A stretch of 64,000 nt of DNA from Nymphaea colorata (taxonomy: Eukaryota), in assembly GCF_008831285.2 (NCBI RefSeq), contig NC_045138.2, forward strand, positions 19,034,001 through 19,098,000. The letters run 5' to 3'. The position numbers were made by a program, and so were the translations under genes. This document shows, piece after piece, positions 25,801 through 39,600 of the stretch; position 1 is the first letter of the stretch, and the number at the start of each line of letters is the position of its first letter. The notes beneath the pieces are model-generated. The model worked only from the letters and a program-made list of their open reading frames with translations. It made no database searches and had not been told where the DNA came from.

Positions 25801-28800
25801 CTAGTTTAACGTCTGAAAGTCATTTTTTTCTGTCCATTTGTTTGAAATATTGGTTTATCACCATTTACCATCACATCACCTTGGTTGTGCCTATAATTTT
25901 TTTGGTGCATTTACCAGATTTCACCATGATGAATGAATTTCTCATACCTTCTTTAACTGACATTTAGCACCTTGTTCAAACAACTATTAATTCTTATGTT
26001 TCAGTTATGCAGTACGAGGAAATTCTATTACTTTTCTTCAGGCATCAACTTGACCAGTCATAGTTTGTGAGCCCTTGTACCTGACATCCTCCAAGGTGCA
26101 TGCACAGAGTTTTTCAGTAGAACAGCAGTGCAACAGCAGAGGTAATTGATCACTAACGCGATCAAATAATTTATTAAAGGACTGCATTGTGGTAATAGCT
26201 CTATAGACACGATAATAGGAGTGAAATGGCAGCTCAAAATTGGCTGCACCTACACTCCCGAGTAGATATCTCTTCTTCGCTATCAATTTGATTTTGGTGC
26301 CCAATTTACAAGATCCTTTGTTTCATTCAATTTTGATGCCCTTTACTAAGCATAAGATAACTGAGAAAAATGACTACTGATAGAGTCAATAGACAACCAA
26401 ACTGCATCAATGAAACCTCACCTTGAATAGTAGAGATCTATGTCGAGATAGGCCAACTTTCAAGCATCCAAGAGGCAAGAAGCTTGTCTGCAGAGAAGAC
26501 CGAAGTTTACTACTATTCTCAATCCATCTGGCTACCGTATCATTTGCATCTTTAACTGGACCACCCATATGTTCAACAATAAGGTCAGCAATTCGTTGCA
26601 CCAACCTGCTGCTTACAGATCCACCTTCAGCAGCTCGACAATCCATAGCAATACAACGTGAAATTTGTTCCAGCTCCTCTAGTGCTGGATCAATGGCTCG
26701 ATTAACTATGACAATTTCAGACCCTGCATCAACCACAGTGGCTTGTAGGTCAATAAGTGAAGGCATTTTCCCTTGACCTGCAGGTTCTGCTGAGGTACTG
26801 AGTATGTCATAGAATCCATCCAATACTTTCTCCTCATAGTCAAGCAACCCATATTCCTGTTAACCACAGTGTAGAGAATAAAAGTCACATCCAAAAAAAT
26901 ATAAAGAATATCAAAAAAGCCTGGGTATCTTTAAGGACAAATGGGTCCAGCAACTAATTTTTATCAGATAGGACATGAAAACTACAGCAATAGCTATGCA
27001 GCACATATAGCAAAATATCATCATTTTATCCTTTTATGTCTACAGTAGCATCAAGTAAGAGGCAAATAAAATGGTAAGGATGGGGATGATTATCACACTA
27101 AATAAAACACAATTTACTCAATTTAGCATGGCCATATGTTCAATGTGCTATAGTTGGATTGTTAACAAAGAGAAATACATTTTACCAGATTCAGGACAAT
27201 ATTATTCAAATGGAAGGTGATAAGAGAGTCATGAGCAAGACAAAAACAACTAAAGTAGTTCTTTATATTTCAAGATTTGGAATACTATAAATTAAATATT
27301 GTCAAAAGCTAAAACAGTGTAATATCTAAAGTCTCACTTTTGGATAAACATATGAAATCTTTAGCTTGAGACAGCCATCAAGTGAAGTTTCAGGTCCGGG
27401 ACTTATCATGGAAACTAAACATAAGGCTGACTTGTTTAGCATAAAAGTCTTGTACACTTTTTTCCTTTTAGTGGGAAAGAAAAGAGAACAATCTTTCCAT
27501 ACAATAGACCATGCAAATGCCTTAAAAATGATTAACTTGAACAATTTACCATGCATATGTGTAGCACTACTCCATAGGAAACTTTGCAGTAAGCACACAA
27601 GAAAATAAAGAACCCAATGACGGATATGGAAATTGGAAGTCTTACTAATTAGGTCAAATTTATAGTGGTATTGGAGATACACCTTGCTTTGCATGAGCTT
27701 CTTAATGAAACTTCGTTTCAAAACAGGCTAATCCTTGCGTGGTGAACATTTGTTGATATGACCTAATCTATCAGATGTGTTCACCCCTTTTGCATAATGG
27801 AATACAAAGAAAATAGGGAGAAGTAAGAAACTGCCATTTGCCTGATAACTTTCATCTTTTGTGCACAAGGAATAGACGATGAGATCAGAAGTTTTATTAA
27901 ATAATAAGATCTATGTGACAAATATACTACATGGAGAGATTATTATCTTGCTTTCTTTCTACAATCAGAAATCTTGACTTCTGAAATTCAAGCAAATGCC
28001 ACCGCAATTCCCACCAAACCAAACTGCAACTTTTCATAGTACATCATGTGAGGCATAGATGTCATGTTGTCTTCCTGCAGAAGTGATGAGGATGTAACCT
28101 GCCATATGTTCCAATGCATGTAGGATGATAAGACAAATTGAAACACATAAATAGGATTATTATCGCCCTTTCCATTCAGACCGTGAGAATACTTCTGCCA
28201 TATAGGTTGAGTTCATTTCGCATGCACCTCTGTCTCATGAAATGCCGTAAAAAACTATAAATCTGAATTGCTCTATCTCCTTCCTATTCTTCTTGACTCT
28301 CCATTTTATCATTCACCATTCTCTTCTTTTCCCTTTCTTGCATGGACTGAAAACAGGCGATCTATACATCACAATCCATTTTATCAGAACTACGCACATG
28401 CCACAATTTTATTGTCATTCCTCTCCTGAGGCCAAGCAAATGATACGCCCGTGCCCACGTTACATCTCATGCTACATTTTTGCTTCCATTCGTCTCCTAA
28501 AATCATGCAAACGATTCTTCAGCATTACGAAGTTTCTGCTTCTACAATGAACTTTCACTATCACGCATCCATACAAGGAACCATCCGTGCGTCGCCCCCA
28601 AACTGGCCAACAACCGCTGACCCATAATTGTGCGATCAATGCAACCAAAAAAGGTGAATTTTAAAAATCATAAATACCAATAAATGCTGTAGCTGAGAAA
28701 CTCCTACCCCAACTCCCCAAAACCGGAAAATCCGCGTAATTCTTACACAAGTCAACGAAAAAGAAAAATACCAAAATTTGCCGAAGTACATTAAAGCCAA

Positions 28801-29388
28801 TCAGCACAAACCACAAAAGGGATTAAGAATTCTTCTCCAAGTATAGATGAAAATCTCAGGCAAAGTGCGCACAAAAGAAACATAAAAACCCTAGAATATC
28901 CATACCCAGTACCGCCTGGACTGAGCTCCCGCGGCATCCCCAACACGAACGGACAACGCAGGTGCATGGCCGAGGCTCATGAGAGTGGCCGCATGGATCT
29001 GCTCCTTATCTGGGTCGTCCCTGAGGTCGCTGTTCGACGCGGAGATCGCCAGGGCCAGCTGATACTGGAATTCCTCCTCCGACGTGTAGAAGTCCGTCAT
29101 CCCTGTCTCCGCCACCGACGGGGCAGTGACGGTGTTTTGTTCATCACCTGCACTGGCGGCCGTAAGCGAAGCGAAGCCGCCACCGCCAGCGGGAGAGGGA
29201 GCGGAGGACGACGAAGACGAAGGAGAGGGGGTCACTGCAATCGCGCCGGAGGTCCAGCAGGGGGATGCTCGATGATCCGATCCGCACGATTGGGCGGGAG
29301 TGGCCGCGCCGCCGGCGTCGTTCGATCGGGGCGGCTCATGGCTGCCGCCAATGTGCAGCTTCCGGAAAATGTGCTTCATCTTCGGCAT
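19852..29388 (-). CDS. EDR1: EDR1-like Raf-type (B3) MAPKKK serine/threonine kinase, ~1003 aa, 14 exons
   Basis: Exons 29388-28906, 26856-26422, 25458-25355, 24714-23864, 23758-23447, 22917-22877, 22697-22629, 22519-22419, 21777-21699, 21603-21505, 21258-21190, 21082-21033, 20707-20531, 19993-19852 (3012 nt, in frame). N-terminus [30 protein letters not shown]1/CTR1 domain ([19 protein letters not shown]), kinase motifs [28 protein letters not shown]. Confidence 0.93.
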
Positions 29389-32254
29389 CGCGAGAGGAAG
29401 GCGGAGGAACCGCTGCCCCCGATATGTAGCCCGAATCTCCCTGGTAAAAACGACCTCGTCGTTGGTCCTAATTCACAGAGATGCCCTTCCAGTGTTGGGA
29501 GTACGTTGGCCTCGTCACCGATGGAATATTCGTGGGCTTAATGACGAAAACGTCCTTCACTAAGTGAAGTGACTCTGTGCCAATGAGCTTCGAGTTATCG
29601 TGTTCACTTTAGAAAAAAAAGTGTAGGGTTTTAACTCAACTTAATGCAAAACCCTAAAATTTTCAACAAATATGCAATACAAAGAAAAAAAAACTTACTA
29701 ATTTATTGTAGTTCTATTATAGCAAACACACCGGTGACCTGATTTTTTTTAAAGAAATTTTGTGTTAAAATTATAAGATTATTTATAGATCCTTGCAAAT
29801 TAGCAAATTTACGGTTGGTGCCAAATTCGGCTTTTTGTGCATTTTAAGATATTAGATGTTAGATGTTTAAATGTTTGTTGTAATGTTGATTTGAAGCTTT
29901 CTTGATTGCATCATAATGCTAAGTGGAGAATATGCATTAATTAACCACAAGTTTGTGCTTAAAAGTTCATTTATCACTTCTAAGCCATAACAAAATAGAA
30001 CTTCTTATAGTCATTCACTTTGCATGCATGATCCTATCGATGACATGTTGCCGTTCTTTTCGATGAGCGGGAGGATATTCTCACTGCTTGAGTGAAGACC
30101 GAAGCCTCTGCCTTTGGCCCTTTCCCATCATCCCTTCAAGTTCAGAGCTGTAGTGCTTCAGGGTACCATCCCACTATACTTTAACTTGCATATCAATATC
30201 AATGGCAAATCCATAATGCATAAAAATTAAGCAAAAAAATAACGGTTTGAATCCAGATTGTATTCAATTGTACCAGATTCTACTAACCAGATCCAAATCC
30301 AACATTTACTTATATGGGTCGGATCTTTATCACATTTAAATAGAATACCCATACTGGACTTCGGATGCAACTAAAAACTGCAAAACGGACGTCAACCTAC
30401 GGTGGACTAAATGGTAAGAGTACCCACGCCAGTGGCACCCGATGGCAGTTTGAAATTCTTGAGAGGTACGAGGGTATTTTAAGGCGTGGGACGCAGCGCA
30501 GCCTCTGGGAGGCGGATCGTTTTGAAATTGGTCAGAGGGAACTCGCAAGACGGAGCAGGAGTAGGTCTGGGCCCCACTTTGTATGTCCGAACAATGTCGA
30601 CCGTCGATTGGTGCCACGTTTTCGTTTTGGACGCTCAAGATCGGGCGTCCTGGACATACATGTTTCGCCTTTTATCCGCACAGAACCCCGACTTCTGTGT
30701 TAAGCAACTGTGAATTTATTTAAAATTGGCCCAACTAATGAAGAAAATGACAGGAGACGTCCTTCCCGCGGTTGAAATCGCGAAATAATGGAAAAATTAA
30801 CGCGAGCGTGGGGTGATACGAGTTGTATGTATTTTAATTATCTATTTTAAAAGTTACTTTAAAATACTTTTGGTTATTTTAAATTTTAAAATGGAACATA
30901 AAGCAATAAAAACGGATGTATAACAATGTAAGGGTGGTTGATTTACGAATTTCCTCTATTTCTCGGGGTTTTCTTTGGTGGAAATCTCCTCCATTTCTTA
31001 GTAACGAATTTAACTGCCTACTTTTTATGTCTTATGTTTAAAGGCAAAGTTTAACTTTAAAAAAGATTATGTAGTTGACCACCTTTAAATTTGACGAAGC
31101 AACATAAATACGCTTTCATTGTGCATATTCCTAAGAAAAAAGAGTTTGAGGAATTAGTTTTCAAAAGTAATTACCTTTTTAATCAGTAATTATCGCACTT
31201 GGGTTTTACCTTACTAGTTACATTATTTCCCTAAGTGCAAAGATGACCACATAAAAAAAAGTGTTTTCTTAATAAAACAGTCATTAAAAAACCCAACAAA
31301 AATATACGTAAAAAAATATTCGCCGAAATCCGACAATAAACTAAATCTCCTTTGCTTTGCAGGACAAATAACTTTAACCGAGTACTTAAAAACCTGAGGT
31401 TTATAGCATATTGCAAAATAAAAGAAAAAATAAAAAAATAATAATTAATCAATTATAGCCTTTTAAAACATCATAATGTTTTCAAAAATAATAACAAAAC
31501 AATGATGTCACATGCTTTGAAGAACTTGAGATCATATCAATATAGTTAGTAACTTGAACAATAAGTTGGGTCTTTTCATGTAATCTCATCATCAATACAC
31601 CAACAAGTTTTGAAGAAAGGCTTCTAAAAGTGAAATAGTGGCAAACTTGTTATAGTGTTTCGTGAATCTGCTCCAATTGATAGCGTAGACACACGAAATA
31701 GTTTGTTACTATTTTGATTGCAAAGAATCCCCCAAAATTAATTCCTTTGTTGTTCAAATATAGGTACGTAGAAGGAAAATATATCTACTTAAATAACGGA
31801 TCATAAGGGGAAATTTAAGACTTAGTCCACAGGAATGTTAGATTGAGCAGATCCAGATGGCACATCAGACCAAAGTTTTGAAAAAAAAAATTGAATATAA
31901 AAAAATTAACATCAAACTAAGAACTCATATTGGATTCAGATTTAGAAAATAACATCTATGTCCAATACCTATTCATTTTAAAACTCGGTCCTTAACAAAT
32001 CATAATGCAGCTCGAATTCTGCTGTCTATTTAAAAATTGGATCCAAATCATATTCAGGTTGTGATTTTGAAAATCGGATAAGATTATGGTATGTTTTTTT
32101 TTTTTTTCTGTTTGTGTTTGAATCCGAATTCGAATTCGAATATGTGAAGATCCGATAACTCTACGGCCGGCTGTAAACATTGATTGCACGTCTCCTGTTC
32201 AATAGGGGAGTACACCTAGCTTCCAACTTATTTCCAAGAAAAAAGGATTCTTCT

Positions 32255-32425
32255 TGTCGGAGCCAAGGTGGGGTCCACATAGGCCTTGGCCCCACCTAAA
32301 AAAATATTTTTTTTAAAAATTCACTTGTTTTATATAAAAATTTTAAAAAATGATATTTCGGCCTATTGAAAATTTAAAAACTTTAATTCGACCTACCTCA
32401 TGAAAAATTTCTACCTTCTCCCCTG
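32255..32425. mobile_element. Degenerate MITE; internal segment also at ~11700-11775
   Basis: CGGAGCCAAGG...CCTTCTCCCCTG ends. The core AAAAATGATATTTCGGCCT...AATTTAAAAACT...ATGAAAAATTT is repeated at ~11712-11775. Confidence 0.5.
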
Positions 32426-34392
32426 TTTGCAAGAGCATAGTTCTTGCAAAAAACACAATACCAAAAAATACCAAGCCATCTGAAATTGAAATTCACATAA
32501 GGACCAATCCAAACAAGAGTGGGTTTGGATATGGTGGAAACGGGTCGAATCCTTGATGGATTCCGGCATGTTTCGGACCACATTCGGGTTCTGTGAATCA
32601 AAGTTCATTCTGTTATTCTTTAGAACCTCAATCAAGTGCGTTCTGATGGTACCTGTTTGTCTAGGAAACATATATTTATTATTCACATATGTATGATAAA
32701 ATAATAATAGCGTTACTTGTTATGTTTATTTGTTATGCATTATTCAACCTTTTCTTTCCATATAATGGTGATTTTCCTCCTTCGGGGATTTCTCAGTTCG
32801 AGGGACAGTTGATAGGTGCTGTTTTGTGAATTTGCCTAATGACAAATTCATACACCAACTATATTGTAGAGTTCCATAAATTTGTCTCAATCTTTGAGTT
32901 GATTTATAAAACATTTGATTTATAAAACAACAACACACTATTGCTATTACTAAACGCCCCCTCTTTGTAGGAACAGACATTTATGAACAAGGAAAGATTT
33001 AGTGGATTGAGTCCTTACACAAACAAAACCTACAATGGGAATGTTACAAACATGCATGTTTGCTGATGTTTAGTATAAATTAATTATGTTGCAATTATTG
33101 CTAAATGCTAATAATGTGAAAGTATCATGAATTATCCCATAGTCATAAATTAACAAAAAAGGAGTTCAAAAAACTGTCCAGTTTTATCGGATGTTTTCAA
33201 GGAGACAGTGTGCCAGATGGCTAAAACTTAAAAATTCATTACTAAAGAAACTATGAATAGTCACTAAAGCCACTACAATATTAATTTAATGACTGTACTT
33301 TAGTAACATATTTTTTATTTACACTTGTCAAGTTGATGGATAAAATGCCGTTTAGAAAATCCAAAAAATCGGGTACTAAAAGTCCTTGGCACCAGCTGCC
33401 ATCTTTGTGCTTTTATAATATTTCAGATTAGCTGGGACAAGAAAATATCATGTTTTATTTGAGAATAGACATGCCAACAAGATTTTCATCAACTAGTAGG
33501 TGATTCATGGACTTAAGATCCACAAATTGAAGCAAATAAAATCGTTCAATATTAACTAGTGGACAACTGCCTAAACGAGGCCAATCTATAAAGAAGCACA
33601 CCACACGTTCAAGGATTCAATGTCCACAATAAAAAATCGAGGATAAAAAAGTCTTGAGATCTGAAATCCCACGAACAGGATCTAAGAACCACAGTTCTTA
33701 GACCTAAACGTACTTTGTTTTGCCTTGTCGATACTTGTCCATTTGGTTGCATATGAAGCCGAGATTTTCAAACTTGTTTTCATCGTCCAATTCTTCTATA
33801 TGTCAGATAGAGACCATAATTTCAGGTGTTCTTTTGGTTAATCGAGGTTCTAAATTTTTTTTTTGTTTAGATCTTATTTATTAATGTTGATATTAACATA
33901 TTCTGTATTTCTTCCAAGCCGTTCTTAAAATATTTAAATAAGGTTATAAGGAAATTTTTAATATCTCAAATGAACTTTATTATATAGCAAAATAGGAGGC
34001 CTTTGTTTGTGGATTATTGCGAAAAGGTCAAATCTTAAATCAAAATTTCCTAAGAACTGCCTTAAATTGTTATTAATTGGACATCTTTTATGGTGGACAA
34101 ACAGATCGGATATTGGATCAGCAAACACATTCAGAACCGGATCGTATTCGAACACAATTAGTGTGCGTGTGGGATCCGGGCACCACCAGGCTTGCAGCAT
34201 CCTTTTGGATCTAGACGATTCTCATGCATGGCTTTAAAAATTAAGAGTTTATTAACTTTAACAAACTAAGCTGTTCTCTTGTTCATCATTCAAATAGTTT
34301 TTGTTTATATATATATATAAGGTCAGGGACAAAAATCAGACCCTTTAAATATGACATTTAAATTGTTTTTTTTTTTAAATCTAAACTTACTA

Positions 34393-34590
34393 ATATGATC
34401 TTAAAGATAAGTTGATGTAAATATATACTAAGTTGATCATTTTTTGGGTTTTAACAATGTTTTTATAATAAGCAAAAAATGAATGGCTCTCATAACAGCA
34501 ACATTTTGGTAACAGAAAAATCAACAGTTTTCATAAAAACAACTTGATTCAAAACATGTTTTATACCAAAATAGTTTTTATAAATATATT
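34393..34590. repeat. Dispersed AT-rich repeat, copy 2
   Basis: Aligns by eye to 13239-13442. Confidence 0.75.
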
Positions 34591-36025
34591 ATGATGTTTA
34601 TAAATATATATATATACACACACACACCCACACACATATATTATATAAAAAGCAGTAAAAAAACTATCATATATGTAAAACTTGCATTCTGGAACAACGC
34701 CTCTCATCTGCTTGTCATAAAGGAGATTATAAAGATTACGAGATCAAGTCACTTTTGTGTATGCTCATGCAAAAAGCAACCTGATGGCATAGACAGAGTC
34801 GAGATAGTTTTCGTATCAAAATGATGTTTTAGATTATCTTTCTGAAAAACAAACATGTTTTACTTTGAGATGTTGATTTTCTCTTTTACATATTAAAATG
34901 AAGTGATTCAAAGCATGATATTTATCAAATGTTCTATATATACAAATCACGTCCATCCAGTTGTTTTGGCCATTTGGATTGGTTTCGATGCACGGAATAT
35001 AATAAGAAGACATAAAATATAGGACAAACTATTCAATCACTCGTGTTATATATAAAACTAGCCAGCGACCGTCGTGTATAAAGCAAGATAGGATTTCGTT
35101 TTGTCCTTTGGTGAGAAGATACCTAACTTTTGTTGCTCCACATCACGAGCATCGATGCGATACAAAAGGTTGTAAAATGTGGCTATCCCGTCACCTTTCC
35201 ATATCAAATAAAGGCGATGCATAATTGAGTGTACCCTATCGACTGTTGCTTGCTTTTGGACACTATTTTCAACAGTGGCGCTCTTGTTTGTTTCTTGCTC
35301 TTGAATCTTTTCAAAGGTTTTCGTGTAAAAGCCTGTGGCAGAGCCAAAAAGTTGATGTGGAAAACACTAATAAGATGACAATCGTATCTAGGAATTCGTA
35401 AGGTTATCCACGAAAAACTGGGATAACCAGAGAGAGAAATCAATGCTCTATGGTAAAAATAAGAAGAGAGTGTGTCCATGGTCTGTATGGTGAGATATGA
35501 CAAGGACTATGATGAAAGAGTTGTCATTTGCCAAGGTTGTAGTATCTTAGACTGAGTTACACGAGATGATCAAACTTAGCATGATTTCTTTTGAGATGAA
35601 TATATAAAGTCTTATTGAATCAAGTCATACCAGAAATGTGGAGTTTAAAGACATGAAAATGTAGATTTCAGAATAAGCTTTTTACAAATGCAAGTATGTT
35701 CTCTTTTTCTCTCTCTACATTGAATGCCAATCATAGTCTTTTTTCAACATTTGGTATAGTTATAGCTATAATTTAGAGAAAATGGAGTATAATAATACAT
35801 GTTTGTGTGTGTGTGTGGGTGTGTGTGTGTGTGAAAGAGAGAGAGAGGGAGAAAGACTGTTCGCAGCCACTGGCTTGTCCCTCAAGAAGATAATGCTCGC
35901 GTCACCCGACCAGTTATATTATGCTCCTCGGAAGGGGGAGAAAGAGAAAAAACCTTCCTCTCCACTAGAGAGGAAAAGGAATTTCAACATTACCAAGTAA
36001 TACTTCCACGCCCTGAAACTTTACT

Positions 36026-36227
36026 ATGTCACGCAAATCCATATGACAATTAAATCGATCTGCATCCAATCCGATATTTATGCATATCGAAATTTGATTG
36101 CATGTCATTTGTTAAATCCGAATTCGACCTGATTTCTTAATCAGATATTAGTTTTTTTTAATCAGTTTTTTTCATCAAAATCAGATATCCGACCCAAGTA
36201 GAATATATTGATTATTGACATCCCTAG
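36026..36227. mobile_element. hAT-like MITE remnant (ATCCGA-rich, ends TTGACATCCCTA)
   Basis: Right end TTGACATCCCTA, with a similar TTGACGTCCCTA at ~10048-10059. Repeated ATCCGA/TCGGAT motifs; similar decayed tracts at ~9790-10060, 10720-11000, 31830-32160, 38570-39050, 52960-53130 and 57760-57960. Confidence 0.45.
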
Positions 36228-36546
36228 TAGCACATGTCTAATTAGTAAAGCGCGCCCTTGTACTTTACAACTTTTTTGTGATTTTTTCAATAATTGTTGC
36301 CCTTTGAAACCCTAGTTAGGGATCAATCTGAAGCAGTGAGACCAAATATTTTGAACGAAGGTCCCCAAGACGACAATTAGACATAGTGCATGCTGTCGTT
36401 TGTGACTCTTCGTCACCATTAGCGACCGAAACAGCAGTCTTATTTTCGTTACTTTGGACGTCAGAGAATGAGCCAAAAGCATGAACCAGTCCAAGCATTC
36501 CAGACATTTGCTGGTGAATGGCTACACCGAACAAAAGAACATCATC

Positions 36547-36548
<2 letters not shown>

Positions 36549-36630
<82 letters not shown>
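36549..36630. repeat. Compound microsatellite (AT)28(AG)13
   Basis: Read directly from the sequence. Confidence 0.98.
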
Positions 36631-36631
<1 letters not shown>

Positions 36632-39600
36632 ATGCCTCAGAATGATGGAAGAAAGATTGTGGGACCGAGGTCCTTGGAATTATATGTGGAGACTGGTTGA
36701 GTCCCATCCTTGTTGGACTTCTCCGATCTGGATTCAAACAAAAGCCGACATCATAGAACAAGGCCAAAGCAACAATCATATATGCTTGTATGACCGTTTG
36801 ACGAACATTGTGTGAGCATTCATGAACTTATCCTAAAATTGGAGCAAGTTTTCAGAATAAGTGTTTTATTAAATTATTTTAATTTTAAGATAGATTCATG
36901 AAACACTAATCCGCTATTCGTAGCTGCCCATTAAAAATGTCGTTGAAAAAAAAATGTCGTTGAAAAAGGTCAACTTTTGTTTGGAAGTTTGATAAATGTA
37001 TATGATTTGCCTGCAAACGAACCAGTTCAAATATAACAATAAATGCGATTTCTTCTTTACGCAAAACGAAGAAGTGGATATAAAGTCAGAGTAATAAGTA
37101 ATTACGTCTGACGAAGGAATATTACTTGGATGCTTGCCTAAGAAAAATGCTTTGCTTGGTATAATGGTAACATACTTCTTTTTCTTTTTGTTTTTTCCTT
37201 CTTCAAACTTGTCCGATGTATACAAAGTTTTACTTGTATCCGATGCAAGGTATGAACTTTTGTCATGAAATCTAAATCTAGGCCCAAATTTGAGAAAAAA
37301 ATTCAGGAAAAAGAGTTGGCTTAACTTCTTATTAGACCGAAAAGCTCAAAATTTATGTAAATTTCTTTTTAAGACGCTTATAATGTGCCTTTAAAGTGTG
37401 TTTAATTTGTAACATCGGAGGCAGAACACGTGAAACATATTGTTCCTTGATTCTCTCTTATTCACATGAAAATGAACTAGAAAAAGTAAAACTAAAAGGG
37501 TTCTTTGTAACATAATATTAATAACACATGAATCTATCTTAAAAAACAAGACAGATTTATGAAGCAGCATATATGTTATGAATCTGTAGTTGGACAGTAA
37601 CAATGCGTTAAATAAAATACTTAATTGGTTCGAATACTTAAATGGGTGTCTGATAAGTAAGCTCTTCATCTAGTCTCCAAGATCTGAGTTCTATGGTCAA
37701 TACACTAAAATATCTTCCATTCTCATGTTGTCACTTTCGCAGTGCATGAAGAAGGGAGATGGACTGCATACCTCATTTGTATGTCATCAGTACTCACCAT
37801 ACCAAAAAGATAAGGACTAATTACAATTATATGGCATTAGTACTCACTGTATAAACAAATGTCATTAGTACTCACTAAGACATACTCTCCTAAAAAAAAA
37901 AAAGACTGCCAATTATCGGACGTGAGCATGAGAAAACGTGAAACATATTTTAGTTCTTATATTGGCAAGTGTTGATGAAAGCATAGATGAACAACAAACT
38001 AGGTTATATGCGTCATAGTGCACTATTTTTTGTGCACCAGTATGATTAATGACTAAAATACTCTTAATTTACACTAATTTTTTTTTGTAAAAACAAAATT
38101 GAAAAGAAAAAAAGTAAAAAAAATATGAAGGATGTCTTTTTTTTTAATAAATTATCAAAATGTCTTCCCCTCCTTTACTCCTTTACCGGACAGTGTGCCC
38201 ACACGTAACCTTTTCTCGAGTTCCAGAGGGTCTCACTATTTTACCACTATGCAGGTAAGACTGCAAAATACAAGTTGCACTTCAAACTGCTACTATTTTA
38301 GTTCCTTAAACATTTAGGATTTTATGCAAATGAGAGAGTAGATAAGAAGCTCCCATTTTAAAAGGAGAGAAGCTCATGCTTATACTCAGAATTGTGTAAA
38401 ATGACGGCCCTGGCCCTAAAATTATGTAAAATTTACAGGTTTCCGATGAACTTTTTTATTCCAATTAAGCACGAAGTAGTGGCAAAACGGAAGTGACCGC
38501 ATCTAACAAAAGTAGGAAAATAACATTTACAATGACAGATTTGTGGTCTAGTGGGGCAGCTCAAGTTCTTCTACGAACGGGTCGGATCTGGATACACTAA
38601 CAATTCCATTCCAACTTGACCCGCACTGCATTTTTTTTGGTTCGCAAATGGGTCGGTACTGTCATTAAAAGCCGAACCAAAATCAAATTCAACACATTAA
38701 AATTTCACAAAATTCATTATCTGAATTGGTGAAGGCTAAATTCTTCATTACATAGATGTAACAGCACTCTGGATATATTTTCCCGGATAAATCTATCATA
38801 TAAATTACATCCAATTAACAGTCATTTATTTGGACCTCGACCCGTTAGTTACTTAATAAATCCATGCTTCTGCAACACGTCCAACCTGATTTGGTGATCC
38901 GTTTAGACATATTTCCATCCTGTTTTGATTGGACCCGCACTGTCCAGTATACTGGATCCGAAATCACGACTACAGTGTTAGTAAAATGAGTCCGACCCAC
39001 ATTCTGAATCTAAATCCATGTGACGACACTTACTTTAGCACTAATTAATACATTTTAGATGGAAATATTACGAACCTGGGTCATGGCAAAGTACGGGTCT
39101 GCCAAAGATTCAAATGTACAAAAACGTCTAAGTTGGATTCTAGATCTAGTATCAGGTCCGAAGTGGTGAAGTGGTTCTTTGAGTTTGGGTCCCATAAGAT
39201 CTGATCCACGCCTGTTTGAATCTGCAGTAAAATGTGGGCCCGCTGCCTCATCATTGGAGCTCTGTCAGTAGGGACGAATGGACCCGTGATCCGAACCAAA
39301 ACAGCGAATAAAACGAAACTTACCTTTCACAACGGCCTAAAAGAAAAGAAAAGTAATTTCCAAAAAGGTTCCTATTACTGTAAATATTGAAATAGGTGCC
39401 TATTATTGTAAATATTGGAAAACTGCCTCCGTTGGCGTTCGTGCTCTACTTATTTTGTAAAATAAGTCCTTAGCGTTCTTAGCTCATCTTGTTGTTGGGA
39501 AGAAGTCTTAAACCTAACACGTCTATATGGTACCAACCATAAATTTTTGGGCACTTACTTCAAAAACTTAATCATGTGTTATTTTTATAAATAGAAAATT

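Noticed and set aside
28966..29541. 191-aa + strand ORF and other ORFs antisense to real exons (4751-5005, 23842-24198, 26423-26776, 58268-59435, 63505-63987)
   Set aside because: Shadow ORFs opposite genuine coding exons, with no independent protein features.
30336..30713. Three overlapping 75-112 aa ORFs
   Set aside because: Explained by local GC richness; no motif or splice chain supports coding.
35300..35700. Purine-rich stretch suggestive of decayed retroelement coding sequence
   Set aside because: Multiple stops in the frame I translated and no recognisable gag/pol motif.
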